Notes under the pieces: generated by a model | Database searches by the model: none | What the model saw: the letters and a program-made list of their open reading frames with translations, nothing else | Told to the model about the DNA's origin: nothing | DNA from: an uncultured bacterium | Lineage (GTDB): Bacteria > Patescibacteriota > Minisyncoccia > Phycocordibacterales > UBA9973 | Assembly (NCBI GenBank): GCA_937903035.1 | Contig: CALCZP010000004.1 | Span: 181,506 to 245,505 of the forward strand | Length of the DNA stretch: 64,000 nucleotides | Direction of reading: 5' to 3' | Shown here: piece after piece, positions 26,802 to 38,400 of the stretch | Layout of the letters: each line of letters begins with the position of its first letter | Numbering within the stretch: position 1 is the stretch's first letter | Made by a program: the position numbers and the translations under genes

Positions 26802-28262
26802 TTATCCTAATCTCGCAAAGAGTGGTGTCTCTGGTTTTTTGTTTGAGCGAATAAGTTCGATAAGTTTGGTAGATGTCTCAGGCATGTATGGCGCGAGTAC
26901 GACTGCGATTGTGTAGAGCTCTTGGACGAGAGAAGTGATCATTCGCTTCCCTTCCTCTACATCAGTCTTGATAACTGAGAAGGGCTTTTCAAGTGCGATC
27001 TTTGTATCGAGCTCTCCAACTGATTCCCAGATTGTATTCATCGCCTTTTGGATATCAAATGCTTCCATTGATGCAGCAACTTTCTCCCCAAGCTCAGTCT
27101 TTGGTAGCCCCTCAAATACATCACAATGTGTTGCTGAAAGTGTCAGAATGCGAGATGCAAGGTTCCCAAGTCCGTTGGCAAGATGTGACTGATACGCATC
27201 CTTGATACTTTCCATGGTCATGTCCGCATCTTCAAATGAGTTCATGTGACGGAGTAAATAATATCGGAGCACATCATGAGACAAATCTCCTGCCACATCA
27301 TTGAACGCATCCACAACATCATACGGACTGATGACATTACCGAGCGATTTTGACATCTTTTGCCCACCTGAGTTGATGAAACCGTTTACGATGATGTGTC
27401 GTGACGTTGGGAGATCAGCAGCAAGGAGCATTGCCTGCCACATCGACGACTGCTGACGAGTATTGTCCTTACCACAATACTGCACCGGTGTGCCATCCTT
27501 CCAGTATTTCTCAAATGTTTCTGTATCCTCAGGCCAGCCAAGTGTTGAGATATAGTTGACGAGTGCATCAAACCACACATACATGACATGTGCTTCGTCT
27601 CCTGGAACTTCGATACCCCACGGCATTTTCGCCTTGAGGCGAGAGATGGAGAAGTCTTGGAGGCCTCGGGTGAGAAACGCTTTCATCTCATTGTAGCGGT
27701 AGTCAGGGATTACAAAGTCAGGTGTTGCATCATAAAAAGCCTGGAGCTTATCAGCGACTTTTGAATACGCGAAGAAATAGTTTTCTTCATTAATGATTTC
27801 AATATCTCGATCAGGATGAATCGGGCATCGTCCAGCATCGTTGAGTTCACTATCAGTCTTTTCGAGTTCACAGCCAACACAATACTTCGCTTCATAGTTT
27901 TTCTTGTAGATATAGCCACGATCAGCGCATCGCTTCCAGAACTCCTGCGCCGCAGTGATATGATGCGGGTCAGTTGTACGAATAAAATGTGCATCAGGAG
28001 AGATACCAAGGAGTGCTACGAGTCCCCGAAATGTTGTTGCATACCGATCAACATACTCCTGTACCGCAATTCCCTCCTTTGCGGCAGCTTGATAGAGCTT
28101 GAGTCCATGTTCATCAGTACCCGTATTAAAAAAGACTTCACAGCCCTGCTCTTTTTTGAAGCGAGCAATAGCATCTGCGCGAATAATCTCCATAGCAAAA
28201 CCAACGTGCGGATCATTGTTCACGTATGGGAGCGTGGTCGTTATATAAAATGGATTGTTCAT
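26802..28262 (-). CDS. metG: methionyl-tRNA synthetase (short form)
   Basis: YITTTLPYVN..PHVG, TGTDEHG, YVWFDAL.NY, KMSKS. Start at ATG 28262. Confidence 0.97.
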   Translation of the reverse strand: MNNPFYITTTLPYVNNDPHVGFAMEIIRADAIARFKKEQGCEVFFNTGTDEHGLKLYQAAAKEGIAVQEYVDRYATTFRGLVALLGISPDAHFIRTTDPHHITAAQEFWKRCADRGYIYKKNYEAKYCVGCELEKTDSELNDAGRCPIHPDRDIEIINEENYFFAYSKVADKLQAFYDATPDFVIPDYRYNEMKAFLTRGLQDFSISRLKAKMPWGIEVPGDEAHVMYVWFDALVNYISTLGWPEDTETFEKYWKDGTPVQYCGKDNTRQQSSMWQAMLLAADLPTSRHIIVNGFINSGGQKMSKSLGNVISPYDVVDAFNDVAGDLSHDVLRYYLLRHMNSFEDADMTMESIKDAYQSHLANGLGNLASRILTLSATHCDVFEGLPKTELGEKVAASMEAFDIQKAMNTIWESVGELDTKIALEKPFSVIKTDVEEGKRMITSLVQELYTIAVVLAPYMPETSTKLIELIRSNKKPETPLFARLG

Positions 28263-28272
28263 AATAGAAAAA

Positions 28273-29334
28273 TTATTCAGGAAGGTTCTGGGTAACAGGG
28301 ATGAGTTTGCGCTTTTCGATATCACTCATATATTCAAGGACAAAGACTGCAACCGGCATTGCAATGATCGCCCCCCAGAATCCGGCAAGTGTAATACCAA
28401 TCAAGAATGCGAGCAAGACAACGAGTGGTGGAATACCGACCACACGACGAGCAACAACTGGTGAGAGTACGTAGCTCTCAAGCTGTTGAACAATGATATA
28501 AAATACCATCACTTTCACTCCTAGGAGGACTCCACCATCAATCACCGCAAAGAGTATTGCGGGTACTGATGCAAAGATGATACCAAACGGCACAAGCTCA
28601 GCAATCGCTGTAATAAGACCAATAAGAAATGCATACTGTACACCAAGGAGTGCAAACACCACAAAGGTGATCGCTCCCATGATGAGTGCAAGCAGGAGCT
28701 GTCCTTTGAACCAAAGACCGATCTTGTACTGCGTGCGAAGCCAGAGTCCTACCACATACTTCTCATGTTTTTTTGGCGTAAGAATACGCAGGAATGTTGC
28801 GAGACCGTCCTCTTGGATCGAGAGATAAAATGCCATCACAATCACAAGGATGGCATTCACTGCGCCGCCAAATGTTGAGCCGATCACACTGGTCGCGCCT
28901 TGTGAGAGGAGTGCTGTCGCATTTTTCACACTACCGAGCAAGTCAGTAAGTGATGACCCCTTGGTAATCGTTGAGACAAACTGTGTCGCCCCTTCGATTG
29001 ACTGTGTTGAAATTGATGATGTCTCTGGTAGGTAGCCGAGAAGGAGCGTAATCATTCCCGAGAGCTCACGAATCACAATCGGTACAAACGCATAGAAGAT
29101 AGCAGTGAGAAATCCTACTACGAGCGCAAAAATGATCGGGACGGAAAGTGACCGGTTCATCTTGTACTTCTTGAGCGCCTGGACACCTGGCTCAACAAAT
29201 GACGCAATGACAACCGCTACAATAATTAAAAGCAAAATATCACGTATTTTAAACAGGAGATATGCTCCAAACATGATACAGAGGGTACGGATGATTGTAT
29301 CATTGGTGATACGGATGGAGCGACCTTCAGACAT
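28273..29334 (-). CDS. AI-2E family transporter
   Basis: About 8 TMs, W.KGQL, E..P..G, QQLESY.L.P, G..G...A.P. Confidence 0.88.
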   Translation of the reverse strand: MSEGRSIRITNDTIIRTLCIMFGAYLLFKIRDILLLIIVAVVIASFVEPGVQALKKYKMNRSLSVPIIFALVVGFLTAIFYAFVPIVIRELSGMITLLLGYLPETSSISTQSIEGATQFVSTITKGSSLTDLLGSVKNATALLSQGATSVIGSTFGGAVNAILVIVMAFYLSIQEDGLATFLRILTPKKHEKYVVGLWLRTQYKIGLWFKGQLLLALIMGAITFVVFALLGVQYAFLIGLITAIAELVPFGIIFASVPAILFAVIDGGVLLGVKVMVFYIIVQQLESYVLSPVVARRVVGIPPLVVLLAFLIGITLAGFWGAIIAMPVAVFVLEYMSDIEKRKLIPVTQNLPE

Positions 29335-29363
29335 AGTGATATGGTACACCGCAAACGTATCCC

Positions 29364-30638
29364 TTACAAGGAACTAAGTGGTGAAGTGTCCAAATCTGTT
29401 GATTCAAACGGGCCAACAAGTACAACAGTGGCATGCGTTGCTACAAAAAGCCTGCGAGCAACATGCTGGATCATTTCTGGGGTCACTGCCATATAGTGCT
29501 CAGTGATCATTTCAGGCGTTCGAAGTGGCTGCCCCAAGATGAGCTGTCCCCCATAGAAGCCAGCGACTTCATCGGTCGTCTCAAGCCCAATACGCATCAT
29601 AGAGAGCATGTACTCACGGGCTTTATTGAGCTCTTCTGTAGAGACTGACACTTCTTTGAGTAAACTGAATTCTTTTGCAAGAACCTTGAGTGTTTCATTT
29701 ACCCGAGTCTTGTCGATACCACAGGCAACCCCAAAGACACCATGATCAGTAAACCCTTCCTGCCCCGCCTCTACTGAATACGCAACACCGAGATCCTCAC
29801 GAAGAGTTTGAAACAGACGCGCACTCATACCACTTCCAAGGATTCCCCCGAGGAGTTGTGCTGTTGCATAATCTGGATGACCAAGTGGTACTGAGTGAAA
29901 TGTGATCGCAAGATGTGCCTGATCAATCGGACGTCTGACAACTTTCACTCGCAACGTATCCTGATCGATAGTGACAGGCTTTTTTGTGAGCAAGGGCTGC
30001 TGATTGATAGTTGAAAATACATGTTCAACATGTGCCTGTATTGCTGCCTCATCGATCAATCCTGAAACAACCACAATCGTATTTGCTGCATGATAGTGAG
30101 TATCTTTGTATCTGATAAAGTCAGCGCGAGAAAATGATGCAACCGTTTCTTTAGTGCCAAGTGTCGGCCACCCTGCTGGCTGGTCACCGTACATAAGTGA
30201 GATGACTGTCTCCGCTGCTTTGTAGCGATGATTGTCTTCATACATGTTGATCTCTTCAATAATGACACCACGTTCCTTTTCGAGCTCAGTTTCAGGAAAA
30301 GTCGCATTGAGGTAGATATCACCGAGAATATCAATAAAGGTTTTCACATGTTTTGGATTACCTTTTGCATAGTAGCCCGTGTACTCTTGTGAGGTAAATG
30401 CATTTGATACTGCACCGAGCGCATCAAGCTCAGAGCTTATAATCCGTGAGGTCGGACGAAGGACTGTCCCTTTGAAATACATATGTTCAAGGAAATGTGA
30501 AAGCCCTTTTTCTGATGCAGTCTCATACTCACTCCCCGTCCCAACCAATACAAGCACTGTTGCAGTGGTGGCTTCGGCACGTGGTGCAAGCACCATACGA
30601 AGACCAGTAGGAAGTGTGACAACGGTAGGCTGCTTCAT
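29364..30638 (-). CDS. M16 family zinc peptidase
   Basis: GLSHFLEHMYFKGT, NAFTS.E.T.YY, ERGVIIEE, SARLFQ.LRE..G.AY. Confidence 0.93.
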   Translation of the reverse strand: MKQPTVVTLPTGLRMVLAPRAEATTATVLVLVGTGSEYETASEKGLSHFLEHMYFKGTVLRPTSRIISSELDALGAVSNAFTSQEYTGYYAKGNPKHVKTFIDILGDIYLNATFPETELEKERGVIIEEINMYEDNHRYKAAETVISLMYGDQPAGWPTLGTKETVASFSRADFIRYKDTHYHAANTIVVVSGLIDEAAIQAHVEHVFSTINQQPLLTKKPVTIDQDTLRVKVVRRPIDQAHLAITFHSVPLGHPDYATAQLLGGILGSGMSARLFQTLREDLGVAYSVEAGQEGFTDHGVFGVACGIDKTRVNETLKVLAKEFSLLKEVSVSTEELNKAREYMLSMMRIGLETTDEVAGFYGGQLILGQPLRTPEMITEHYMAVTPEMIQHVARRLFVATHATVVLVGPFESTDLDTSPLSSL

Positions 30639-30641
30639 CAA

Positions 30642-31964
30642 TTAGCTCATTCGTTCGTTGAGATATGCAGGAAGAGCACTGATTGCAACACGCTCTTGGG
30701 TGCCAGTATCACGATCACGCACGGTGACCGTATCGAGGAGATCAGGATTCTCTCCGAGCGTATCAAAGTCAACCACAATACAACATGGTGTACCAATCTC
30801 ATCTTGGCGACGGTAGCGCTTGCCGATATTGCCGTTGTCATCCCATGCCACAGACCCCATTGATTTCTTGAGTGCACTATAGAGAATCCGTGCTTTCTCA
30901 ACGAGCTCTGGTTTGTTTTTCAACAGTGGTGAGACACATGCTTTGTATGGTGCAAGTACTACCGGAAGCTTGAGTACAATACGGGTATCAGCACCATCGC
31001 CTTCTTCGCGATATGCACTTGCAAGCACTGCAAGGACCGTGCGATCCACACCAAATGATGGCTCAATACAGTGCGGTGTCACCTTCTCACCTGTTTCATC
31101 TTCAACAACATAGAGCGGTACGGTACTTGCATCAGCATGGGTGTTCAAGTCAAAGTTGGTACGGTATGCAAGACCATAGAGCTCCTTGCGACCGAATGGA
31201 AAGTCGAACTCAAAATCAATCGTGCGCTTTGAGTAGTGTGCGAGATCTCCTTCGGAAACTTCGAGTTCATGCACTTTGTCAGCAGGAATACCGAGAGACG
31301 CGATCCATGCATGCACTGATACACGCCAGTCTTCAAACCGATCTTTCCAGTGTGCTTCATGCACGAAGTATTCAATCTCCATCTGTTCGAATTCACGAGA
31401 ACGGAAAATAAAGTCTCGTGGTGCGATCTCATTTCGAAATGCCTTACCGATCTGCGCGAGACCAAACGGAAGCTTGGGATGAATACTATCAACAACGTTT
31501 TTAAAGTTCACGAACATGCCTTGTGCAGTTTCTGGTCGAAGATATGCGATAGAGTCCGCGTCTTCGAGTGCACCCACTGTCGTCTTGAACATCATATTAA
31601 ACTGACGAGCTTCCCCAAGTGTCCCAGTTTTGTTGCAGGTTGGGCACGCATCACCTTCAAGATGATCTGCGCGAAACCGTGACTTACAATTTGAGCATTC
31701 AACCAACGGATCAGAAAATCCACCAACGTGACCTGATGCTTTCCAGACATTCTGGTTCATCAAAATAGCAGCATCCACACCATACATATCCTCTCGATCA
31801 GTCACAAAGGTCTTCCACCAGAGGTTCTGGATGTTGCGCTTGAGCTCGATACCGAGTGGGCCATAGTCCCACGTACCCGCAAGTCCCCCATAGATCTCAG
31901 ACCCTTGAAAAATAAAGCCACGGCGCTTGCACAAACTGATGAGTTGTTCCATTGATGCATTCAT
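30642..31964 (-). CDS. glyQS: glycyl-tRNA synthetase, alpha2 type
   Basis: CKRRGF, DYGPLG, LRPETAQG.F, FRNEI.P, EPSFGVDR, IGKRYRRQDEIGTP. Confidence 0.97.
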   Translation of the reverse strand: MNASMEQLISLCKRRGFIFQGSEIYGGLAGTWDYGPLGIELKRNIQNLWWKTFVTDREDMYGVDAAILMNQNVWKASGHVGGFSDPLVECSNCKSRFRADHLEGDACPTCNKTGTLGEARQFNMMFKTTVGALEDADSIAYLRPETAQGMFVNFKNVVDSIHPKLPFGLAQIGKAFRNEIAPRDFIFRSREFEQMEIEYFVHEAHWKDRFEDWRVSVHAWIASLGIPADKVHELEVSEGDLAHYSKRTIDFEFDFPFGRKELYGLAYRTNFDLNTHADASTVPLYVVEDETGEKVTPHCIEPSFGVDRTVLAVLASAYREEGDGADTRIVLKLPVVLAPYKACVSPLLKNKPELVEKARILYSALKKSMGSVAWDDNGNIGKRYRRQDEIGTPCCIVVDFDTLGENPDLLDTVTVRDRDTGTQERVAISALPAYLNERMS

Positions 31965-31969
31965 AGCCC

Positions 31970-33862
31970 CTATGGTAGCACACGCTCGCCCCCTGGGGTA
32001 TAGACGGGATCGCTATCAAGTCTTGTTGTGAGTGGAGGTCGAGTCGTGGTAAGTGGCGCATTTGCAGCAGTATCAGTGGCAGTGACCATCGTCTCCCCGA
32101 GAAGCATAATGTCACTATCAATAGATGCCCGTGTCGGTCGAGCTTTGACCTGGAACGAAACAGTCTTCTTTTGGAGTGCTGAACCGTTTGCCTTTGGTAA
32201 TGTCCCAATATTCCAAGTCACAACTTTGCTCTCAGTGTTGTATGTAATCAACTCAGACTGCGGTACGACAACACCTGACCAGATAACTCCATTTGGAAGT
32301 GCTGCCGTTGCTTGAACATTGGTAAGTGCGTTCTCAGAAGGTCGGACAGTCCAGGTCAATGTATAGGTTGTTTCAATATCAGCCTTTGGTGGATATGGAC
32401 CAGTATTTTTAATAGGACCAATTGAGTACAGTGACTGGGCGGCAAACTGCAACGTCGAAGCAAATCGAACGGTCTTTTGGTCGATCATATCGATTGTTTG
32501 TTGGAAATAATCACGATCAGGAAATACGCCTGACACTGATAGTGAGAAAACCATATCAGGAGCACCTGGTCGAACTTGCTTGGTTGGGAATGTAAACATC
32601 AAATCTCCTTCCTGCCCTGGAGCAATAACAGTAAGTGCATTGTCAGACTCTGGTGTCCAAGTAATGGTGTGATCAAGGGCATTGTAGTAGCCATTGTCGA
32701 CCTTAAGCGCATTTACATCGATACCCTCTCCACCAAGCAAAAGCGTAAAGAGTGGCTTCACGACCGAAAGTGGTGAGTTGTTTTTCCAATGAATAGTACC
32801 CGTTACGGTAGCACCTGTTGAAATAGGAACAACATCATTTTTATCTCCATTAATCGCAATCTCTGCACTGATAAATGGCTGAGCGAGTATTATTGGATGA
32901 AGTACTGAGTTAAAGGTAACTGCAAGTCGCCGATCCGTAGCACTCTCGGGTGTTCCCGTATAAATACGAAACGACTTTTCATCATTTTCTTCACCCATGA
33001 GACGTCCTTGGATTTTAATGATGCGCTCAGTTCCTTTTTCGAGATCACCCAGTGACCACACGTTGTTACCAGATACCGGAGCTGGGTCTGCAGACTTAAA
33101 GACAAATCCGTTTGGATATTCAACACGAGTGATTACATCATTGAGTGCCTTGTCACCAGTGAAGTTGTTGCGAATAGTAAGTGTGAAAGGCTGACTCGAA
33201 ACAATAGCTGAGGGACCATCCGCAGTAAGTGTCACCGGAGATGAACTAATGATAACTGCAAAGTCTTGTTCACGCTGAAATGTTGAGCTTGAACCTGCAA
33301 GCTGATAACTAACACGCGCTTTAATACTCCTACTAAGGCCCTGCTCACCATACAGCACAACAGTAACTTCTTCACTTTTTGTTTTACCAGATCCGATCGT
33401 TCCAAGCTGTTTTTCGATATGCATCACATCGCTACCACTCTGATCAGTGGCACCTCTTGGGTAGTCAATTGATAGGATTGTATTGGTGAGGTCAACGGCA
33501 TTCTTGTTAGTAATCTCAATCTGTATAGGAAGCTCCTCTCCCCCACCTACGAATGAATTGCCGAGGATCTTTACTTCAACATTCTTGCTCGAAAGCGTAA
33601 TCGAGCCATGGTAAATAGAGTACAGAGCAATGCCAAGTCCAATGATGAAAAAGATGAATGAAAAAATGAAAAAACGTTTGTATCCAGCAGAGAGTTTTGG
33701 GTGACGAGCACGCTCATGTGGCACCTCAGCTTCACCCCATGTTGAGGAAATATTTTGCTTAATCGGCCGCAAGATACCAAACTTCCGCTTGGGAATGTTT
33801 TCGGGGTCGCGCGCATAGAGGCGCTGCTGCAAGTCACCAATATGATCTATTTCATCAGCCAT
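31970..33862 (-). CDS. single-TM protein with tandem beta-sandwich domains
   Basis: One TM near the N-terminus, then repeated P.GF.F..A.P....W.LG.L motifs (DUF11-like). Confidence 0.7.
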   Translation of the reverse strand: MADEIDHIGDLQQRLYARDPENIPKRKFGILRPIKQNISSTWGEAEVPHERARHPKLSAGYKRFFIFSFIFFIIGLGIALYSIYHGSITLSSKNVEVKILGNSFVGGGEELPIQIEITNKNAVDLTNTILSIDYPRGATDQSGSDVMHIEKQLGTIGSGKTKSEEVTVVLYGEQGLSRSIKARVSYQLAGSSSTFQREQDFAVIISSSPVTLTADGPSAIVSSQPFTLTIRNNFTGDKALNDVITRVEYPNGFVFKSADPAPVSGNNVWSLGDLEKGTERIIKIQGRLMGEENDEKSFRIYTGTPESATDRRLAVTFNSVLHPIILAQPFISAEIAINGDKNDVVPISTGATVTGTIHWKNNSPLSVVKPLFTLLLGGEGIDVNALKVDNGYYNALDHTITWTPESDNALTVIAPGQEGDLMFTFPTKQVRPGAPDMVFSLSVSGVFPDRDYFQQTIDMIDQKTVRFASTLQFAAQSLYSIGPIKNTGPYPPKADIETTYTLTWTVRPSENALTNVQATAALPNGVIWSGVVVPQSELITYNTESKVVTWNIGTLPKANGSALQKKTVSFQVKARPTRASIDSDIMLLGETMVTATDTAANAPLTTTRPPLTTRLDSDPVYTPGGERVLP

Positions 33863-33900
33863 AGTAGTTCAATTATACCAGAGAAGACCTCAATCGCGTG

Positions 33901-34476
33901 CTACAACTGACTTTCTTTGATCGACGCGTTCACCACTGTGATGAATGATCTGATATGTGCGTCATCCATCATGCCGATCGCTTCATCAAATGGAGCATGT
34001 AGAAGCTCTTCGTCCCCTTCTTCGACTGCAATATAGCCAAGAATCGCGATCGCTCGCCAGAGCGAAAGTGTATCAAAAAGTCGCTCATCGATATCCGTAC
34101 GCGAGATAAGCGTCGATATCTCCGTCACATGCGCATAGAGCTCGACATGATCACCCTCTCCCAAGAGAAATCGTTCAAGCAATGTCAGAGTGCGGACGTA
34201 GCTCCGTGCAAGTGGAAGCTTGGGATTTCCTTCAAGGGGGTTGTGCAGGAGCTCACAACTAATGAGCCGCCACACTTCCTTGCCTCGCACCAGATCTGCA
34301 TTGATGAATGCGTAATCTACAAGATGTCCCTGAAGTTTTGCACCTACCTTACGCACCCCCTGCACCGCAGCAACAATCAACCCAAATTCTTTGGTCAGGA
34401 GCCAGACGCGCTTGTTCGCCTCGCCAAAATGTACGCTTTTGAGGATAACTGCGGGAGTGTGATGAATCGTGTGCAT
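33901..34476 (-). CDS. recO: DNA repair protein RecO (short)
   Basis: AVILK...GEANK...LLT.EFG.I...QGVRK..AKL...L. Start at ATG 34476. Confidence 0.85.
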   Translation of the reverse strand: MHTIHHTPAVILKSVHFGEANKRVWLLTKEFGLIVAAVQGVRKVGAKLQGHLVDYAFINADLVRGKEVWRLISCELLHNPLEGNPKLPLARSYVRTLTLLERFLLGEGDHVELYAHVTEISTLISRTDIDERLFDTLSLWRAIAILGYIAVEEGDEELLHAPFDEAIGMMDDAHIRSFITVVNASIKESQL

Positions 34477-34543
34477 ACCTGTGAGTATAGCAGTATTGAC
34501 GAATAGGATTTGATAAGTATAGTAATCACAAAAACAACTACAT

Positions 34544-34855
34544 ATGAGCAAGGTAAAGTTAAAAATCTTTTATGATGAACGTAATCACTACTCAACACTT
34601 ACACTCTCTAGTGAACAAGGTGCATTTTTGAAACAAGTGAAAAGTATCCTCAACAAACACTTTGGTAAAACTACCTGTGACACATTCTTTATTGGATGTA
34701 GACCCAAAAAAGCAAACAATGTCTTGATTGAAATATCAGTACAGAAACAAGTTGGGATGATCCACATGGAAGCCGCAACCAAAGAACTTCATGCATTGAG
34801 TACTAAAACACAACTGATTGGAGTAGAGATGAGACCAATAGATATCATCATCTAA
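34544..34855 (+). CDS. hypothetical AT-rich protein
   Basis: 103-aa ORF with a TTGACG...TATAGT promoter (34496-34523) and a terminator at 34858-34885. Confidence 0.55.
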   Translation: MSKVKLKIFYDERNHYSTLTLSSEQGAFLKQVKSILNKHFGKTTCDTFFIGCRPKKANNVLIEISVQKQVGMIHMEAATKELHALSTKTQLIGVEMRPIDIII

Positions 34856-34857
34856 CT

Positions 34858-34885
34858 AAACAGCCGACATACGTCGGCTGTTTTT
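34858..34885. terminator. bidirectional terminator
   Basis: AAACAGCCGAC-ATAC-GTCGGCTGTTT. Confidence 0.8.
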
Positions 34886-35447
34886 ATTTCTCTATTTCTG
34901 CAAGAAGTTCTGGAAATTTATCCATACCATCCCCGGAAGTAAAATGTCCTTTGTCGGAAAATTCTCTAAACGATATAGCAGGAAGTACTGACCTGATCTT
35001 CTCTATACTTTTTAGAATACCATCTTCGTCATCGGTCGAATAAAAGACCGTGATACCAGTGGTTCGACTTTCAAGAGTGGGATCAATATTATATTCAGAA
35101 AAGCCGGTCACCACTCCAGGATTCGCAAGTATTGATGGTGCAACGAGTACTACTTTTCCAACAGTAATCTTTGTCTCACTCAACCACCGCAACAGAAATC
35201 CTCCTCCCCTGCTATGCCCAACGAGTATAGTATTTTCATCAACTGCAAACTGTTCAAATATGTTTTTCCATTCATCATAGTCAGGTGCAAATGCACGAGG
35301 CAGTTCTGGAGTCTGCGTCAAAGTGTCTCGACAGAGCAATTCCTTTTGCAGCCATGGCAACCAATGACTGTTTGATGGTGATGGAAAGCTCGTATCATAA
35401 TACTCATCTTTTTCGGGACGTCCGTGAATAATGATCGCTGTTTTCAT
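34884..35447 (-). CDS. RBBP9/YdeN-type alpha/beta hydrolase
   Basis: IIHG, HWLPWL, LVGHSRGG nucleophile elbow, S.DD, KGHF. Start at ATG 35447. Confidence 0.85.
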   Translation of the reverse strand: MKTAIIIHGRPEKDEYYDTSFPSPSNSHWLPWLQKELLCRDTLTQTPELPRAFAPDYDEWKNIFEQFAVDENTILVGHSRGGGFLLRWLSETKITVGKVVLVAPSILANPGVVTGFSEYNIDPTLESRTTGITVFYSTDDEDGILKSIEKIRSVLPAISFREFSDKGHFTSGDGMDKFPELLAEIEK

Positions 35448-35448
35448 A

Positions 35449-38400
35449 TTAGCTGAGTGTAATAGCTTCTCCACCAATCGCAACACTAGTGGCACCCACG
35501 GTCTTTTTCAGTTCCTCACCAAAACTATCAACGACTGATTGATACTGAAATGGAAGTGTAAGAGTGATGATATCAGATGGTGCAAGACCTTTGTCTTTGC
35601 GCATGTCTTGGACCGTACGTACAAGCTCACGGTACTCACCTTCGAGTTTAAGTTGAAGTGTGATCGTTGTATCAAGCTTTGTTTCTTCACCTGCGATCAC
35701 TGACTTCACATTGAGTTCCTGCATCACAATCGCTGCGTATTGGTCGCTGAGATTCCAGTTTTTGACATACAGTGCCTGGAGTGGCTGACGGACTGCGATA
35801 CCCTCTTTTTTACGAAGTGCATTTCCTTGTGTACAAACCTCGCGCACGGTAGCCATATCTTTCAATAGCTCATCACTCACTGGCATTACTGCTGGCCAAG
35901 TACTCAAGTGCACACTCTCCTCGTTTGATAAGGACTTCAATTTCTGCCAGATATCTTCTGCTGCAAATGGTGCAAATGGTGCCATGAGCTGTGCGACTGT
36001 TTTGAGTACGCGGTAGAGTGTCGCTTTTGCGGCAACATCACCATCCTTGATGCGATCGCGACTCCGACGCACATACCAGGTCGAAAGGTCATCAATAAAG
36101 TCACGAAGTGCTCGTACCGGCTCAAGTAGCTTGTAGGTATCGAGACTTTCAGTCATCAGACTCGTGAGTTGATCGAGCCGAGTTGTAATCCATGCGTCGA
36201 GCACATTATCACCACTTGGATCTACCTCTTCTACGTTTGGATCTCGATAGAGGTCGTAGAATGAGAGCACATTGTAGAGCAATCCGAATACCTGACGTTG
36301 AAGCTCGACGACTGTTTTCTCATCATAGTTCTTGCTATCACCTGGCTGGTTGACTGAGTACATCCAGAGACGGAGTGTATCGACACCGTACTTCTCCATT
36401 TGCTCCCATGGGTTCACGATGTTGCCAATAGACTTACTCATTTTCTTACCTTGTGCATCAAGAAGATGTCCAAGACAAATGACGTTTTTGTATGCCTTGC
36501 CACGCCCAGTGAGCAAGCCAATCGCATGGAGTGTGTAGAACCATCCACGAGTCTGATCGATAGCTTCGGAGATAAAGTCAGCTGGATATGCAATCTCTCC
36601 ATCAAACGGATAATGATCCTGTGCAAACGGCATCGCTCCTGAGTCAAACCACACATCCATCACCTCTTTGGTGCGGCGATATTCCTTGCCATCTTTGACA
36701 AGCACTACATCATCGATGAACGGACGGTGGAGATCAAGCTCAAACTGCGCATTATGTGGAAGTGGTACAAAGTGAAGCGGACGGACTTCGGCATTACTGA
36801 AGTTCACATAGTCGCGCGTTTCTTCAAAGAGACGATCAAAGCTAATCCCTCGCGCTACAAGCTCAAGTGCGCGCGTTGATGCACCATGGGCAACGATCAA
36901 AATATTCTTGCCCTGGTAGCGAGATTCAATATCGTAGAGCGCCTCACCTGCACGCTTGATCACATCGGCATATGATTCACCATCAACAGTCTTGAACCCA
37001 TAGCGATCAGCTGCCTTGTTGCGCATTTCAAAGTATGACTCGATCGGCTTTCCTTCAAATGCACTACCCACATTCCACTCCCCGAGACGAGCATCGGTCA
37101 CGATAGCTTCGGCAGCTAATCCAAGCTTCTCAGCGACAATACGCGCTGTCTCTTGGGTACGAGCAAATGGTGACGCGATGATGAGATCGATCTGTTTGTC
37201 AGCGAGCGCAGTCGCACTTTGAATTGCCTGCTCTTTGCCACGAGTGGTGAGTGGATTTGTGGTTGCAGTATTCACATTCCAGTTCCCTGCAACGTTAAAC
37301 TCTGTCTCGCCATGCCGCATGACAAAGTACTTGTTGTTATTATGCTTGGCATATTTCTTGAGCATATCGATCGAGTCGACAACCATGCGGTCAGTATCTT
37401 CTGAAATCCAAATCGGAAGCGGTGTGCCCCAGTAGCGCTCGCGTGAGATCGCCCAGTCCTTGATACCGTCGAGCCATTCGCCAAAGCGCCCTTCTTTGAT
37501 ATGTGACGGCTCCCAGTTGATGCTTTCATTCTCAGCAACAAGTGTGTCACGAAGTTTCGACATAGCGATATACCATGAGTCACGCGCGTAGTAGATGAGC
37601 GCAGTTTTACAGCGCCAGCAGTGCGGGTATGAGTGTTCGTACTTTTCTTTCTTGAAGAGGAGTCCGCGATGTGCGAGGTCTTTGATGATGTCGACTGCGA
37701 CTTCTTCGTCTTTGACAAATCTTCCTTCAAGAAAATCAGTGCCTGCAATAAACTTTCCTTCGACATTCACCGTGTGGAATTTCGGAAGACCAACCTTGGT
37801 ACCAAGCTCAAAGTCCTCTGCACCATACATTGGTGCAATATGGACGATACCACTACCATCAGTCGTTGTGACAAAGTCAGCAGTATAGACCTTATACGCA
37901 TTGGTAAGTTTTTCTTTTTCTGTACCAGTGATCTGTGCGGCAAGGTATGGATAGAGTGGCTCATACTGCATATCCGCCAAATCTTCTCCAAAATCTCTTC
38001 GCACTTCTTCATAACCATCACCAACCAAATCTTTTTTATCTTCAGCAACAATTAAAATTTCATTCTCTTTTTTGAGCCAAAGATATGTAATATTAGCACC
38101 TACCGCCAGTGCAACATTCCCTGGCAATGTCCATGGTGTTGTTGTCCAAGCAACAATATAAACATTCTCAAAATCCTTAACTTTTGCCTTAAACTTTGCG
38201 TATACTGTCAGATCTTTATCATCCTGATATCCTTGCGCAAGCTCATGGGTCGCAAGTGTTGTTCCGCATCGCGCACACCATGGTGAGACTCGATAGTCCT
38301 TGTAGAGGAGACCCTGATCGTTGACCTTACCGACAATATTCCAGAGACTCTCCATATAGCGAGGATTGAACGTGTAGTACGCCTTGTCCTTGTCGACCCA

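Noticed and set aside
36780-37335. Intein in ileS
   Set aside because: No N-terminal Cys/Ser or C-terminal His-Asn splice motifs; the insert is a histidine phosphatase.
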